Below are positions 46,983 to 56,151 of a stretch of 64,000 bases of DNA, piece by piece (the first letter of the stretch is position 1; each line of letters starts with the position of its first letter). The stretch spans positions 146,177 to 210,176 of the forward strand of contig BOLD01000004.1 in the NCBI GenBank assembly GCA_016861345.1. Direction: 5' to 3'. The notes below the pieces were generated by a model that was given only the letters and a program-made list of their open reading frames with translations, had not been told where the DNA came from and did no database searches. The DNA comes from Oligoflexia bacterium (lineage in GTDB: Bacteria > Bdellovibrionota > Bdellovibrionia > Bdellovibrionales > Bdellovibrionaceae). The position numbers and the translations under genes are program-made.

Positions 46983-47924
46983 TTATACAGCTGTTCTGTA
47001 TAAATTTGTCAGCACTTCTGTTGGGGTCGAAAGCATTTTTGCTATAGTTAGATATTGGCCCGCCAGGGGCGTAAAGGGCTTTTCAATCAGGACGGGCTCG
47101 CGATTTCGTATGGACTGCCACACGGCGTTATCAAAGTCGATCGAGCCGATAAAGTCTACCGGGAAGTCATAATACTTTGTACAGACACTTTTAATTGAAA
47201 AACCAAGATCTTGGTCCTGACGACTTCTTGAGCAGTTGATTGCTAGTCGCACAGGTGTCTGCTTAAAGGACTCAAAATAATCAAAAGAAAATCCAGGGTG
47301 TGAGCTCAGATATTTTCGAAACGAGAAGTGTTCTGTCTTTTCCGCCGACCGATATCTCTTCATGTTCTTCAACAGAAAATCGTAGGCCTCCTTTGTGCTG
47401 CTTTCCCGAAGTTCATGACACATCAGGGCCTCTATAAATCGATATGTCTTTTCAATGCTCGTGGGCTCGGGTGTTGTCACCAGAATTTTTTCATCAGCAT
47501 TTCTAAACATATCTATGTGACAAGAGCTGGCGCCGGGTCCAAGATCGATCAAAACAAAATCATAATTTAATCGTCGAGCATCCTCTATGAGCTGCTTACA
47601 GTCCTTTTTCAGCAAGTCATGGGCCATCCATTCATTCCAAACCCCTTGTATATAGGAAAGCCTGGGTATTTTTGTGCCCTGGGCAAGTTTGTTCAGATTC
47701 GTTTTGCCCTCAAGATAGAGTGAAAGATTATTTTCATTCAGGGGCATTCCTAAAGATGTGTGAATATTTGCTCCGGCGAGATCAAAATCGATCAGAAGCA
47801 CTCGGAAGCCAAGCTTTGAAAGTGTAATACCAAGGCTTGAAGTAAAAAATGTCTTACCTACTCCGCCTTTACCAGCTCCGACGACCCATACTTTTGCAGC
47901 CATGATATCCTCAATTGAAAACAA
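46983..47924 (-). CDS. MinD/ParA-family P-loop ATPase
   Basis: Deviant Walker A GAGKGGVGKT and Walker B-like LIDFD / LIDLGPG. Confidence 0.85.
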   Translation of the reverse strand: MFSIEDIMAAKVWVVGAGKGGVGKTFFTSSLGITLSKLGFRVLLIDFDLAGANIHTSLGMPLNENNLSLYLEGKTNLNKLAQGTKIPRLSYIQGVWNEWMAHDLLKKDCKQLIEDARRLNYDFVLIDLGPGASSCHIDMFRNADEKILVTTPEPTSIEKTYRFIEALMCHELRESSTKEAYDFLLKNMKRYRSAEKTEHFSFRKYLSSHPGFSFDYFESFKQTPVRLAINCSRSRQDQDLGFSIKSVCTKYYDFPVDFIGSIDFDNAVWQSIRNREPVLIEKPFTPLAGQYLTIAKMLSTPTEVLTNLYRTAV

Positions 47925-48608
47925 TTATTTTTTCAAATTCTCTTCGGCTGCAGATGCGCGAATATAAAGGGGTAAAACTGATTTCCAGTCCTTGGTCGTG
48001 GCAATATTTTTCTTTTCATAGACGGCCCGGGCCAGAAGTGAGGCCAAAGGATAGTCAGAAAGCTCCGAAGCTCTGTGCAAGGTCCTTCTTAAAGAGGCCG
48101 AAAAGGTATTCTCGTAAGCAAGATAGCCATCTCCTATGGTCAGGATGGGATTGGTCGGTCCATAACAAAGTGCTTGGAGGCGGGCCTCAAGAGCAACGGC
48201 TTCGATGGCCGAAGTCGATCCGACAAGGACTCCATTCTTAAATTCGGCAAAGTAAATCATGTTCTTATAAGCATTAATAATCGCAATACAGTCTTCAGTT
48301 GTTTGGCTGGCTAAAATTTCTAACGAAGTCATATCCGCAATTGGCTTTGAAAATGAATACGAAAGAGCCTTTGCAGCATTGAGCGCGACCCGAATTCCCG
48401 TGAAGCTTCCAGGGCCGATTCCAACGGCGAAGATGTCAATGTCAGATATGGCACAATTGTTTTTTGAGAGAACAGACTCGATTGATTGGTTGAGAAATTC
48501 GCTGTGTGTGCGTTGATTCTCAGAACGCTCCTCTGAGAGGAGTTTGCCAGCACTCAGAAGGGCGACGGAACCAATCATCGTACTGGCATCAAGAGCAAGG
48601 ATTTTCAC
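47925..48608 (-). CDS. tsaB: tRNA t6A biosynthesis protein TsaB
   Basis: MKILALDASTMIGSVALL ... VGIGPGSFTGIRVALNAAKAL. Confidence 0.9.
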   Translation of the reverse strand: MKILALDASTMIGSVALLSAGKLLSEERSENQRTHSEFLNQSIESVLSKNNCAISDIDIFAVGIGPGSFTGIRVALNAAKALSYSFSKPIADMTSLEILASQTTEDCIAIINAYKNMIYFAEFKNGVLVGSTSAIEAVALEARLQALCYGPTNPILTIGDGYLAYENTFSASLRRTLHRASELSDYPLASLLARAVYEKKNIATTKDWKSVLPLYIRASAAEENLKK

Positions 48609-50261
48609 CTAAAAACCAAATAGCCTGCTGAAGTCGTTAAAAAGAGATAAAACCATCAGACTGATTAAAATGAAAAGTCCTACCTGCTGAGCAATCTCCA
48701 TTTTTCTCATACTCAAGGGTGCTCCCCGAAGAGCTTCGATTGAATAGAAGAGCAAGTGTCCCCCGTCCAAAACGGGTATTGGCAGAAGATTAAGGATGAA
48801 AAGGTTCACCGAAATAACGGCCATGAGCTGAAGAAAATGCGCGATGCCCACCTTATAGGTTTCGCTTGCCGCTTGTCCGATAGACAGGACGCCACCAATA
48901 TTTTTGTGAGAAATCTTATTTTGAATAAGTCGCATGAAGCTGACGACGGTCATGACGGTGATTTCATTCGTCCGCGTGACTCCTCTTATGAGAGCTTCAA
49001 TCGGATTTGATGTTTTCATCTTTAAAGTGACCGGAGGGGCCGAGTAGACATGAGGAACAATTCCGATGGTGTATCGTTTTTCCTCGCCGCCCTGAGAGTT
49101 CATGTGCTCCGTCATTTGAGGAGTAACTTGAAAATCATGTGTTTCATTATTGCGGGCAACAGAGATACGAATAGGTCCTGTGCCGGAATAGGATTTGATT
49201 GAGTTAAGAACGTGCTCCCAGCGTTGAGGTTTAAAATTGTCGATGGAAATAATCTTATCCCCCTCGCGAATTCCAGCTGTATACGCAGGGCTTTGCTCCA
49301 TAACCTTTGAGAGGTAGAGCTCAGAGGATTCTATTCCAAGCACGGCAAGCGATGAAAACTTACCGAGCTGTCCATTGAGCGTTATATTTTGAGCCTGTTT
49401 GCCGTCAAAGCGCTCAACAACAATATTAACCGCCTGTTCTTGAAAGGCCATAAAGACATTTTCAAGGTCGCGAAAATATGAAATCTGTTGAGCGTTAACA
49501 CTAACAATGCGGTCGCCAGTCTTTAGGCCAATATCTGACATCAGAGTTTTCGGGACGATGCCAACAACTGCAGCGCGAGAAGAGTAGGAAAGCCCCTCAA
49601 TATCACCCACATAGTCATCAAGACTGAGCACATTTTGATTTGGTTTGAGCTGAGCAGCTGCGTGCAATTGAATTGGGTGTTCACTGCCGTCTCGCTTAAC
49701 TTCAAAGGAAATATCCTTACTTGCATTTCTTGTCAGTTGCTCCTGAATTTCATCCCAAGTGCCGATCTTATCGGAATTAACCTTCAAAATAAGATCGCCG
49801 GAGCGGAAGCCTGCAGAGAAAGCAGAAGTGTCGGTGTGAACATCACCCACTCGAGGAGCCCGGACCTCTTCGCCCATAAAGGCAACAAGCATAAGTATAA
49901 AAATGGAGAAGAAAAAATTCATCAATGGTCCAGCAAGTACCACAGCTATCCGTTGCCACACACTTTTGTGAGTAAAGGAATATTTTCGGTCTTCCTCAGA
50001 AATTTGAGCGCCAACTTCGTCGCCAAACATCTTGACGTATCCACCAAGTGGCACAAGAGAGAGACAATAATTCGTATCGCCCCGCTTGTATTGCAAGATT
50101 TTTTTTCCGAAGCCAAGACTGAAAACTTCGACACGGACACCACACCATTTAGCGACAAGGAAATGTCCAAGCTCGTGGACAAAAATGAGCAGTCCTAAAA
50201 GGATAACAAAAGGAATTACAACAGAGAGACCTTGATTTAAATAATTGTAGATTAGATCCAT
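48609..50261 (-). CDS. rseP: RIP site-2 metalloprotease RseP (extra PDZ content)
   Basis: HELGHFLVAK (HExxH) in TM1, PDZ-like repeats, and the C-terminal NLLPIPVLDGGH motif. Confidence 0.93.
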   Translation of the reverse strand: MDLIYNYLNQGLSVVIPFVILLGLLIFVHELGHFLVAKWCGVRVEVFSLGFGKKILQYKRGDTNYCLSLVPLGGYVKMFGDEVGAQISEEDRKYSFTHKSVWQRIAVVLAGPLMNFFFSIFILMLVAFMGEEVRAPRVGDVHTDTSAFSAGFRSGDLILKVNSDKIGTWDEIQEQLTRNASKDISFEVKRDGSEHPIQLHAAAQLKPNQNVLSLDDYVGDIEGLSYSSRAAVVGIVPKTLMSDIGLKTGDRIVSVNAQQISYFRDLENVFMAFQEQAVNIVVERFDGKQAQNITLNGQLGKFSSLAVLGIESSELYLSKVMEQSPAYTAGIREGDKIISIDNFKPQRWEHVLNSIKSYSGTGPIRISVARNNETHDFQVTPQMTEHMNSQGGEEKRYTIGIVPHVYSAPPVTLKMKTSNPIEALIRGVTRTNEITVMTVVSFMRLIQNKISHKNIGGVLSIGQAASETYKVGIAHFLQLMAVISVNLFILNLLPIPVLDGGHLLFYSIEALRGAPLSMRKMEIAQQVGLFILISLMVLSLFNDFSRLFGF

Positions 50262-50305
50262 TAATAAAGTGTATTCGAGTTTATTGAAAAAGAAAGGTCC
50301 AGTTA

Positions 50306-51124
50306 TTAAAATAACCCCTCAAGAAACAGGGCGAAAATATAAACGACTGGTGCTCCAAATAAAATGCCATCAATTCGATCAAGCACTCCGCCATGCCCAG
50401 GCATTAATGATCCAGAATCCTTTTTGTCTGCAATTCGCTTTAAGAGTGATTCAAAAAAGTCTCCAAATTGACCAGACGCCCCAGTTAACAAGGCGAGAAA
50501 AATCATTGAAGTCACTGTGCTATTCGGCAGATAGCTAGAGGCTACGAGCGCTGCCAGGCAAGATCCGAACAGTCCCCCCATAGATCCGACTACAGTTTTC
50601 TTTGGTGAGACCGCAGGCATGATTTTCCTTTTTCCCCAGAGAAGTCCGAAAATATAGGCAAAAGTATCACCACTAAGAACAACGCCAAGTAGGGTTAAAA
50701 ACCAAATGACTCCGTTGGGGAAATCCAGCAGTTTGCAGGCAAAACCTGGCAACAGGCCCAAGTAAAAAAAGCCCAGGATACTTTTGAATAGAAAAACAGA
50801 GAGGGTTTGAAGGTCTTCAAATTTTTTTTGTAAGATAAGCCCAAGACTAAAAAAAACAATAACAGAAATTGAGAAAAAAAGGCCGCTATGCTGAGGCATT
50901 TTGACAGTTGAGATAAAGATAAAAACCATCAAAAAATAAAAAAGAGCCTTAATGGTTAAGGAATCTTCTGGATTAAAAAGAATCCGAATAAGTTCTCGCG
51001 TTCCAAGAATGACTGCGAGCAGACACAAAAAGCGAAGCCCATTGATTTCGAAAAAATAAACCAGGCAGAAAAGAGTGGCTATCGCAACAGCAGCGGAAAG
51101 AACTCTAGTTAATAAGCTGTTCAT
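50306..51124 (-). CDS. cdsA: Phosphatidate cytidylyltransferase
   Basis: A polytopic membrane protein with the signature SLLKRIADKKDSGSLMPGHGGVLDRIDG. Confidence 0.92.
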   Translation of the reverse strand: MNSLLTRVLSAAVAIATLFCLVYFFEINGLRFLCLLAVILGTRELIRILFNPEDSLTIKALFYFLMVFIFISTVKMPQHSGLFFSISVIVFFSLGLILQKKFEDLQTLSVFLFKSILGFFYLGLLPGFACKLLDFPNGVIWFLTLLGVVLSGDTFAYIFGLLWGKRKIMPAVSPKKTVVGSMGGLFGSCLAALVASSYLPNSTVTSMIFLALLTGASGQFGDFFESLLKRIADKKDSGSLMPGHGGVLDRIDGILFGAPVVYIFALFLEGLF

Positions 51125-51839
51125 TTGCTATTTGAGGCGATGTTTTACCAAAACGCCTTTCGCGAGAGTTAAAGTCAGTAATAATAGCAATCAGCTCTTC
51201 TTTTGAAAAATCTGGCCACAGGGTATCTGTGAAACAGAATTCACTATATGCCGATTGCCAAAGTAAAAAGTTCGAAAGGCGCTGCTCACCACTTGTTCTG
51301 ATAATCAGATCTGGATCGCAGGCGGGATATGTTTCCATATGTTGGGAAACAAGGGTCTCACTTATTTGCTCCACTGTGAGCAGATTTTTTTGAACCTTAC
51401 TTGCAATTTTTTGAACTGCGTGAACAATTTCCTGCCTTGAACCATAGCTGATCGCAAATGTCAGTTTCAGGCCAGTGCAGTGTTGTGTGGCTTGGGTGAC
51501 TTCACGAATGGCATTGACGAGATCTGCAGGAAGTCTTTCCACTTCACCGATGGCACGAAACTGAATGTTTTCTTTGACTAAATTCTCAGATTCACGCTTC
51601 AGGTAGCGGCGCAAAAGATGCATCAGAAAATTGACCTCGGCCTGTGGGCGGAGCCAGTTTTCTGTGCTAAAAGCGTAGAGAGTTAGGTTTTCAATTCCCA
51701 TTTGTGAACAGGCTGTGATGATCTTTTTTGCTGTGCGCGCACCCTTGATGTGACCAAAAGTACGAGGCTTTCGGCGAAGCTGTGCCCACCGCCCATTTCC
51801 ATCCATAATCATACCGATATGTCGTACTTTATTCATCAC
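51105..51839 (-). CDS. uppS: Undecaprenyl-diphosphate synthase (cis-prenyltransferase)
   Basis: HIGMIMDGNGRWA, and the RTSGEQRLSNFLLWQSAYSE motif. Confidence 0.95.
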   Translation of the reverse strand: MMNKVRHIGMIMDGNGRWAQLRRKPRTFGHIKGARTAKKIITACSQMGIENLTLYAFSTENWLRPQAEVNFLMHLLRRYLKRESENLVKENIQFRAIGEVERLPADLVNAIREVTQATQHCTGLKLTFAISYGSRQEIVHAVQKIASKVQKNLLTVEQISETLVSQHMETYPACDPDLIIRTSGEQRLSNFLLWQSAYSEFCFTDTLWPDFSKEELIAIITDFNSRERRFGKTSPQIANEQLIN

Positions 51840-51852
51840 AGACCAGTCGCAG

Positions 51853-52410
51853 TTAAATTGTCATGATGCTTTTTTCTTTTTCATCAGCGATTTGGTCGAC
51901 CTTTTTAATATAGTCGTCAGTAAGCTTCTGAGTTTCTGTCTCTGACTTCTTTGATTCATCTTCACTGATGGCCTTGTCTTTAAGGGCCTTTTTGACTTCT
52001 TCGTTGGAATCACGCCGAGCCATGCGAATTGCCACACGAGCGTCCTCAACGATTTTCTTTGTTTGTTTGACGAGATCTTTGCGTCGCTCTTCTGAGAGAT
52101 CAGGAACCTTTAGACGGATGACTTTTCCATCGTTGATCGGAGCCATGCCGATATCACTTTTCACAATCGCCTGCTCAATTTCTTTGAGGATCGAGGGTTC
52201 CCAAGGAGCAATGAGAAATGACTTTGCGTCTGGGCAAGAAATCGCAGCAACTTGATTAAGTGGGCTCAACTGGCCGTAATAGTTCACCCGGATGTTGTCG
52301 AGCATAGAAACTTGGGCTCGACCAGTGCGGATTTTCTTCAGTTCAGCTTGAAGAGCCTGAAGAGTTTTCTCCATTTTATCCTGAGTGCGTTTTTTTAAAT
52401 CAGCGAGCAT
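51853..52410 (-). CDS. frr: Ribosome recycling factor
   Basis: 185 aa with the typical RRF sequence (GRAQVSMLDNIRVNYYG ... RRD). Confidence 0.95.
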   Translation of the reverse strand: MLADLKKRTQDKMEKTLQALQAELKKIRTGRAQVSMLDNIRVNYYGQLSPLNQVAAISCPDAKSFLIAPWEPSILKEIEQAIVKSDIGMAPINDGKVIRLKVPDLSEERRKDLVKQTKKIVEDARVAIRMARRDSNEEVKKALKDKAISEDESKKSETETQKLTDDYIKKVDQIADEKEKSIMTI

Positions 52411-52435
52411 AATTTCCTCCTGACAATGATCAGAA

Positions 52436-53149
52436 TTAGTGAACTATTGTTCCAATATTTTCGCCAAGAACAGCGCGAAGGATATTTCCCTGCTTGTTCA
52501 AATCAAAATTCATAATGGGCAGTTTATTATCCATACACAAACTAACGGCGGTTAAATCCATTACTTTTAGGCCCTTGTTGAGAACGTCGATGTAAGAGAT
52601 TTTATCAAACTTCACGGCATCGCTATGCTTCACGGGGTCCTTGTCGTAAATTCCATCAACCTTAGTGGCCTTCATGAGAATTTGGGCGTTAATTTCCATT
52701 GCTCTGAGCGCAGCTGCCGTGTCTGTTGTGAAATAGGGATTTCCTGTGCCGGCTCCGAAAATAACAACACGGCCTTTTTCAAGATGTCGAATGGCTCTAC
52801 GGCGAATATATGGCTCTGCTATTTCAGCCATTTCAATTGCGGTTTGAACTCGTGTTGGAACTCCAGCTTTTTCAAGGGCGTCCTGAAGGGCTAATGAGTT
52901 AATAACCGTTGCAAGCATTCCCATGTAGTCAGCGCTTGCCCGATCCATCCCTTCAGCAGAGGCAGCAATACCGCGAAAGATATTGCCACCACCGATAACA
53001 ATGCCCATTTGAACCCCAACCTTATGGGCTTCTGCCACATCTTTTGCAAATTGTTGAATTGTTCCCGTGTTAATCCCATGGCCCTGTTGGCCGCCAAGAG
53101 CTTCGCCACTGAGTTTCAACAAAATTCGCTTATAGACAGGAGTTTTCAA
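52436..53149 (-). CDS. pyrH: UMP kinase
   Basis: [13 protein letters not shown] ... [10 protein letters not shown] ... [21 protein letters not shown]. Confidence 0.96.
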   Translation of the reverse strand: MKTPVYKRILLKLSGEALGGQQGHGINTGTIQQFAKDVAEAHKVGVQMGIVIGGGNIFRGIAASAEGMDRASADYMGMLATVINSLALQDALEKAGVPTRVQTAIEMAEIAEPYIRRRAIRHLEKGRVVIFGAGTGNPYFTTDTAAALRAMEINAQILMKATKVDGIYDKDPVKHSDAVKFDKISYIDVLNKGLKVMDLTAVSLCMDNKLPIMNFDLNKQGNILRAVLGENIGTIVH

Positions 53150-53164
53150 ATGAGCCTCTTTTAA

Positions 53165-54079
53165 CTAGTGAGTTTTTGACTGCGCAGCCACTTCTTCAGC
53201 AAAGTTATTTACTTTCTTTTGAAGACCCTCGCCAAGCTCAAATCGAACGTAGCGCTTGATCGCAAAAGCTTCGCCGATTTTCTTTCCAGTCTCTGCCATG
53301 TAGTCCTTTACCTTAAGGTCAGGATTTTTAACAAAGGCCTGCTCAAGTAAGCAGCTTTCAGACAAGAATTTGCGGATCTGTCCTTCAACGATTTTTTCAA
53401 TCATTTCAGGTTTCTTGCCCTGCTCAAGGTTCTTCGCCTTCATGATTTCTTTTTCTTTAGCAACAATGTCGGCAGGAACTTGATCAGAAGACAAGGCAAG
53501 TGGGTTCATGGCAGCAATGTGCAGGCATACATCAGATGCAAATGTTTTTGCAGCTTCGTCAGTCTTAGCTGTAGTAAGCTCCACCATAACACCGATTTTT
53601 CCATCACCGTGAATGTATGAGCTTAAGACTCCGGCAGAATCAAACCGAGTGAATCGTCGGATAACAAGGTTTTCTCCGATTTTTGCAATAGCCTCTTTAA
53701 GAGCTTCGCCAACTTTCTGGCCGCCCTTCCAGGTTTGCTCAAGAAGAGCTGTCGCATCCACAGGAAGCTGAGCCGTTGTTGCTAAGTGTTGAGCAACTTC
53801 GGCAACGAAAGCCTTAAAGAAGTCATTCTTCGCAACGAAGTCTGTTTCAGAGTTCACTTCCAAAAGAACGCCTGTTTTTCCGTTATTAAAAGAAACGACA
53901 AGTCCCTCAGAAGCTAAACGGTCAGATTTTTTCGAAGCAGAGGCTAAACCTTTTTTGCGAAGCCACTCAACAGCAGCATCAAAATCACCCTTAGTTTCTT
54001 CAAGGGCCTTTTTACAATCCATCATTCCAGCGCTGGTCTTTTCGCGAAGGTCACGAACCATAGTTGCAGAAATTGACAT
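53165..54079 (-). CDS. tsf: Elongation factor Ts
   Basis: The N-terminal UBA-like VRDLREKTSAGMMDCKKAL, with a total of 304 aa. Confidence 0.96.
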   Translation of the reverse strand: MSISATMVRDLREKTSAGMMDCKKALEETKGDFDAAVEWLRKKGLASASKKSDRLASEGLVVSFNNGKTGVLLEVNSETDFVAKNDFFKAFVAEVAQHLATTAQLPVDATALLEQTWKGGQKVGEALKEAIAKIGENLVIRRFTRFDSAGVLSSYIHGDGKIGVMVELTTAKTDEAAKTFASDVCLHIAAMNPLALSSDQVPADIVAKEKEIMKAKNLEQGKKPEMIEKIVEGQIRKFLSESCLLEQAFVKNPDLKVKDYMAETGKKIGEAFAIKRYVRFELGEGLQKKVNNFAEEVAAQSKTH

Positions 54080-54134
54080 AATTACTCCTTAAAATTTTGA
54101 GAAATTAAATTATGAAGCAAGGGCCAGCTGAGAA

Positions 54135-55070
54135 TTAATTCTCAGTTGAGTCCTCTTTCTTCTCTTGCTCGATTTCAGCTTCGATCTCAATTTTCTCTGC
54201 CAATCCAGCAGCAACAAGTTTGCGAGTTTTGCTGGCCTTAACAACAGCTGGGCCTTCTGCCTTCTTCTCTTTTTCAGGAGCGCCCCTAGCTGGGCCACGG
54301 CCACGCTTTTTCTCTGGAGCAGCCTCAACTTGCTCTTCTTTAGCAAGGTCTGAAGCCTTATCAGTTTGAGTGCGAAGTTTTGACTCATACTCTTTTGCAC
54401 CCTCAAGGTAAGCATCAGCGACAAGGTTGGCGAAAAGCTTGATGGAGCGAATAGCATCATCGTTTCCGGGAATTGGGTAATCAACCATTTCTGGATCAGA
54501 GTTTGTATCTGCGATCGCAACAACTGGGATGCCTAAACGTTTTGCTTCAGCAACAGCGATATGTTCTTTGGGAAGATCAACAACGAACATAACAGAGGGA
54601 GAATCCTTCATTTCGCGAATACCATTCAGGTACTCAGAAAGTCGAAGATACTCTTTTTCCATTTTTGAGCGCTCTTTCTTTGTGAAGAACTCGAATTCGC
54701 CCTTTTCTTTCATTTGATCGATTTTTCGAAGACGATTGATTGAAGCTTTAATCGTTTCAAAGTTTGTCAACATTCCGCCAAGCCATCGCTTCGTAACGTG
54801 GTACTGACCACATTTTTGGGCAGCTTCGAGAACAGGCTCAACAGCTTGTTTCTTTGTACCAACAAAAATCATTTTCCCGCCGCTAGCAGCGATGTTCTTA
54901 ACGAAATCAGCTGCCTTGTTTGCGCGAACTACGGTTTTTTGTAGGTCGATGATGTGAATGCCCCCACGTGCAGTGTATACATAGGGCTTCATTTTTGGGT
55001 TCCAACGCTGTGTTTGGTGTCCGAAATGGACGCCAGCGTCCAACATTTCCTTCATTGTCACTTGTGCCAT
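54135..55070 (-). CDS. rpsB: 30S ribosomal protein S2 with a Lys/Glu/Ala-rich C-terminal tail
   Basis: [22 protein letters not shown]. The AAAGGAA SD precedes the ATG at 55070. About 60 extra low-complexity residues sit at the C-terminus. Confidence 0.95.
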   Translation of the reverse strand: MAQVTMKEMLDAGVHFGHQTQRWNPKMKPYVYTARGGIHIIDLQKTVVRANKAADFVKNIAASGGKMIFVGTKKQAVEPVLEAAQKCGQYHVTKRWLGGMLTNFETIKASINRLRKIDQMKEKGEFEFFTKKERSKMEKEYLRLSEYLNGIREMKDSPSVMFVVDLPKEHIAVAEAKRLGIPVVAIADTNSDPEMVDYPIPGNDDAIRSIKLFANLVADAYLEGAKEYESKLRTQTDKASDLAKEEQVEAAPEKKRGRGPARGAPEKEKKAEGPAVVKASKTRKLVAAGLAEKIEIEAEIEQEKKEDSTEN

Positions 55071-55367
55071 GACAGTTTCCTTTCTGGTTATGCCTCCTCC
55101 GGGACAGGGACCCATTCAAGGGTGAGACCCGCTTCATAAAATTTATTTTCTATAAAGTGGGACCAGTGGATTATCCACGGAGTGCGTATTTAAGTCTGTC
55201 CGGAGTATCACGTCGCACCAGAGTATGTCCAACATTATTCTGCGCATTAGGACTCTGACGCGATATCAGGAGCAAAGTGATCCCAACCGAGATGGCATTC
55301 AACTTGTAATATCCTGAGCAAGGCTCAGGAAGTAGAGCCACATTGTGACCACAATCAGGGAGGGGAT

Positions 55368-55958
55368 ATGTTACAAAACATCAATAAAATCGCTATATTA
55401 ATGGGAATGATCGGGCTGGCTGCAATACAAGCCGAGGCCCTTCCCTTAGTGGATGTCGGTGAAGCGCAGGTCAGAGGAACGGCTTGTCGCCTACAGGGAA
55501 ATGAGCTTGGGGCCATTACTCTTGAAGAAGGGATTATGCGCATTCCAACAGCGATTGCTCTGAAAAAAACGACTGAAGAAGCTTCGCTCAAACGGGGATC
55601 TTGCCAGTTCACGATTCCAATGAAAGTGGCAGATGGGTACAAGCTTCTCCTGACGGACTTAAGAGCTTTCGGAAGAATGAATTTGAGCAGGGAAACAAGC
55701 AACAAGCTATCACTTGAGATCTTTCAGGCGGGCCAACAGGGCACAAAGATTCTTGCTGAAGATCAGGCCGATAGCGAATCGAGATTGCGAAAAGCCTATG
55801 ATGTCGGAGTTGAAGGAGTTGTGCTTGAAACTGAGTGTGGCGCCGCTCTTAACCTAAGAGGCAACGCAAACATCATTCTCTCTGGCGGCACCGCCCGCTC
55901 CACTGCAAGCTTAGATTTCGTTGCCGCTAAGGCCGAGATTGTGAGTTGTGGGGAGTAA
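55368..55958 (+). CDS. Secreted hypothetical protein
   Basis: Signal peptide IAILMGMIGLAAIQAEA. 196 aa, followed by a hairpin. Confidence 0.6.
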   Translation: MLQNINKIAILMGMIGLAAIQAEALPLVDVGEAQVRGTACRLQGNELGAITLEEGIMRIPTAIALKKTTEEASLKRGSCQFTIPMKVADGYKLLLTDLRAFGRMNLSRETSNKLSLEIFQAGQQGTKILAEDQADSESRLRKAYDVGVEGVVLETECGAALNLRGNANIILSGGTARSTASLDFVAAKAEIVSCGE

Positions 55959-55966
55959 GAAGCAAG

Positions 55967-55990
55967 AAAACCCGCTTCTCGCGGGTTTTC
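55967..55990 (+). terminator. Terminator-like hairpin
   Basis: AAAACCCGC-TTCTC-GCGGGTTTT, with a short T-tract. Confidence 0.55.
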
Positions 55991-56151
55991 CCAGACAATC
56001 TCCTTACTCAACTAAGGAGGAAGCTGATCTGGCGGCGAGGCGTTTCAGTTCCGCGAGCATTTGTGATCATTCAATTCAGCTTAAGTGCTGATCGGCACAG
56101 TCCTTGAATAAGACCTCTGGCGGTGCCATTTTGTGCCCATGTGGGAGTATT

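Noticed and set aside
49635-50198. A 187-aa plus-strand ORF inside rseP
   Set aside because: It is antisense to a confidently identified RseP gene.
54110-54523. A 137-aa minus-strand ORF in an alternative frame over the 3' end of rpsB
   Set aside because: It is an out-of-frame overlap with ribosomal protein S2. Its Lys/Leu/Arg-rich product mirrors the low-complexity S2 tail.
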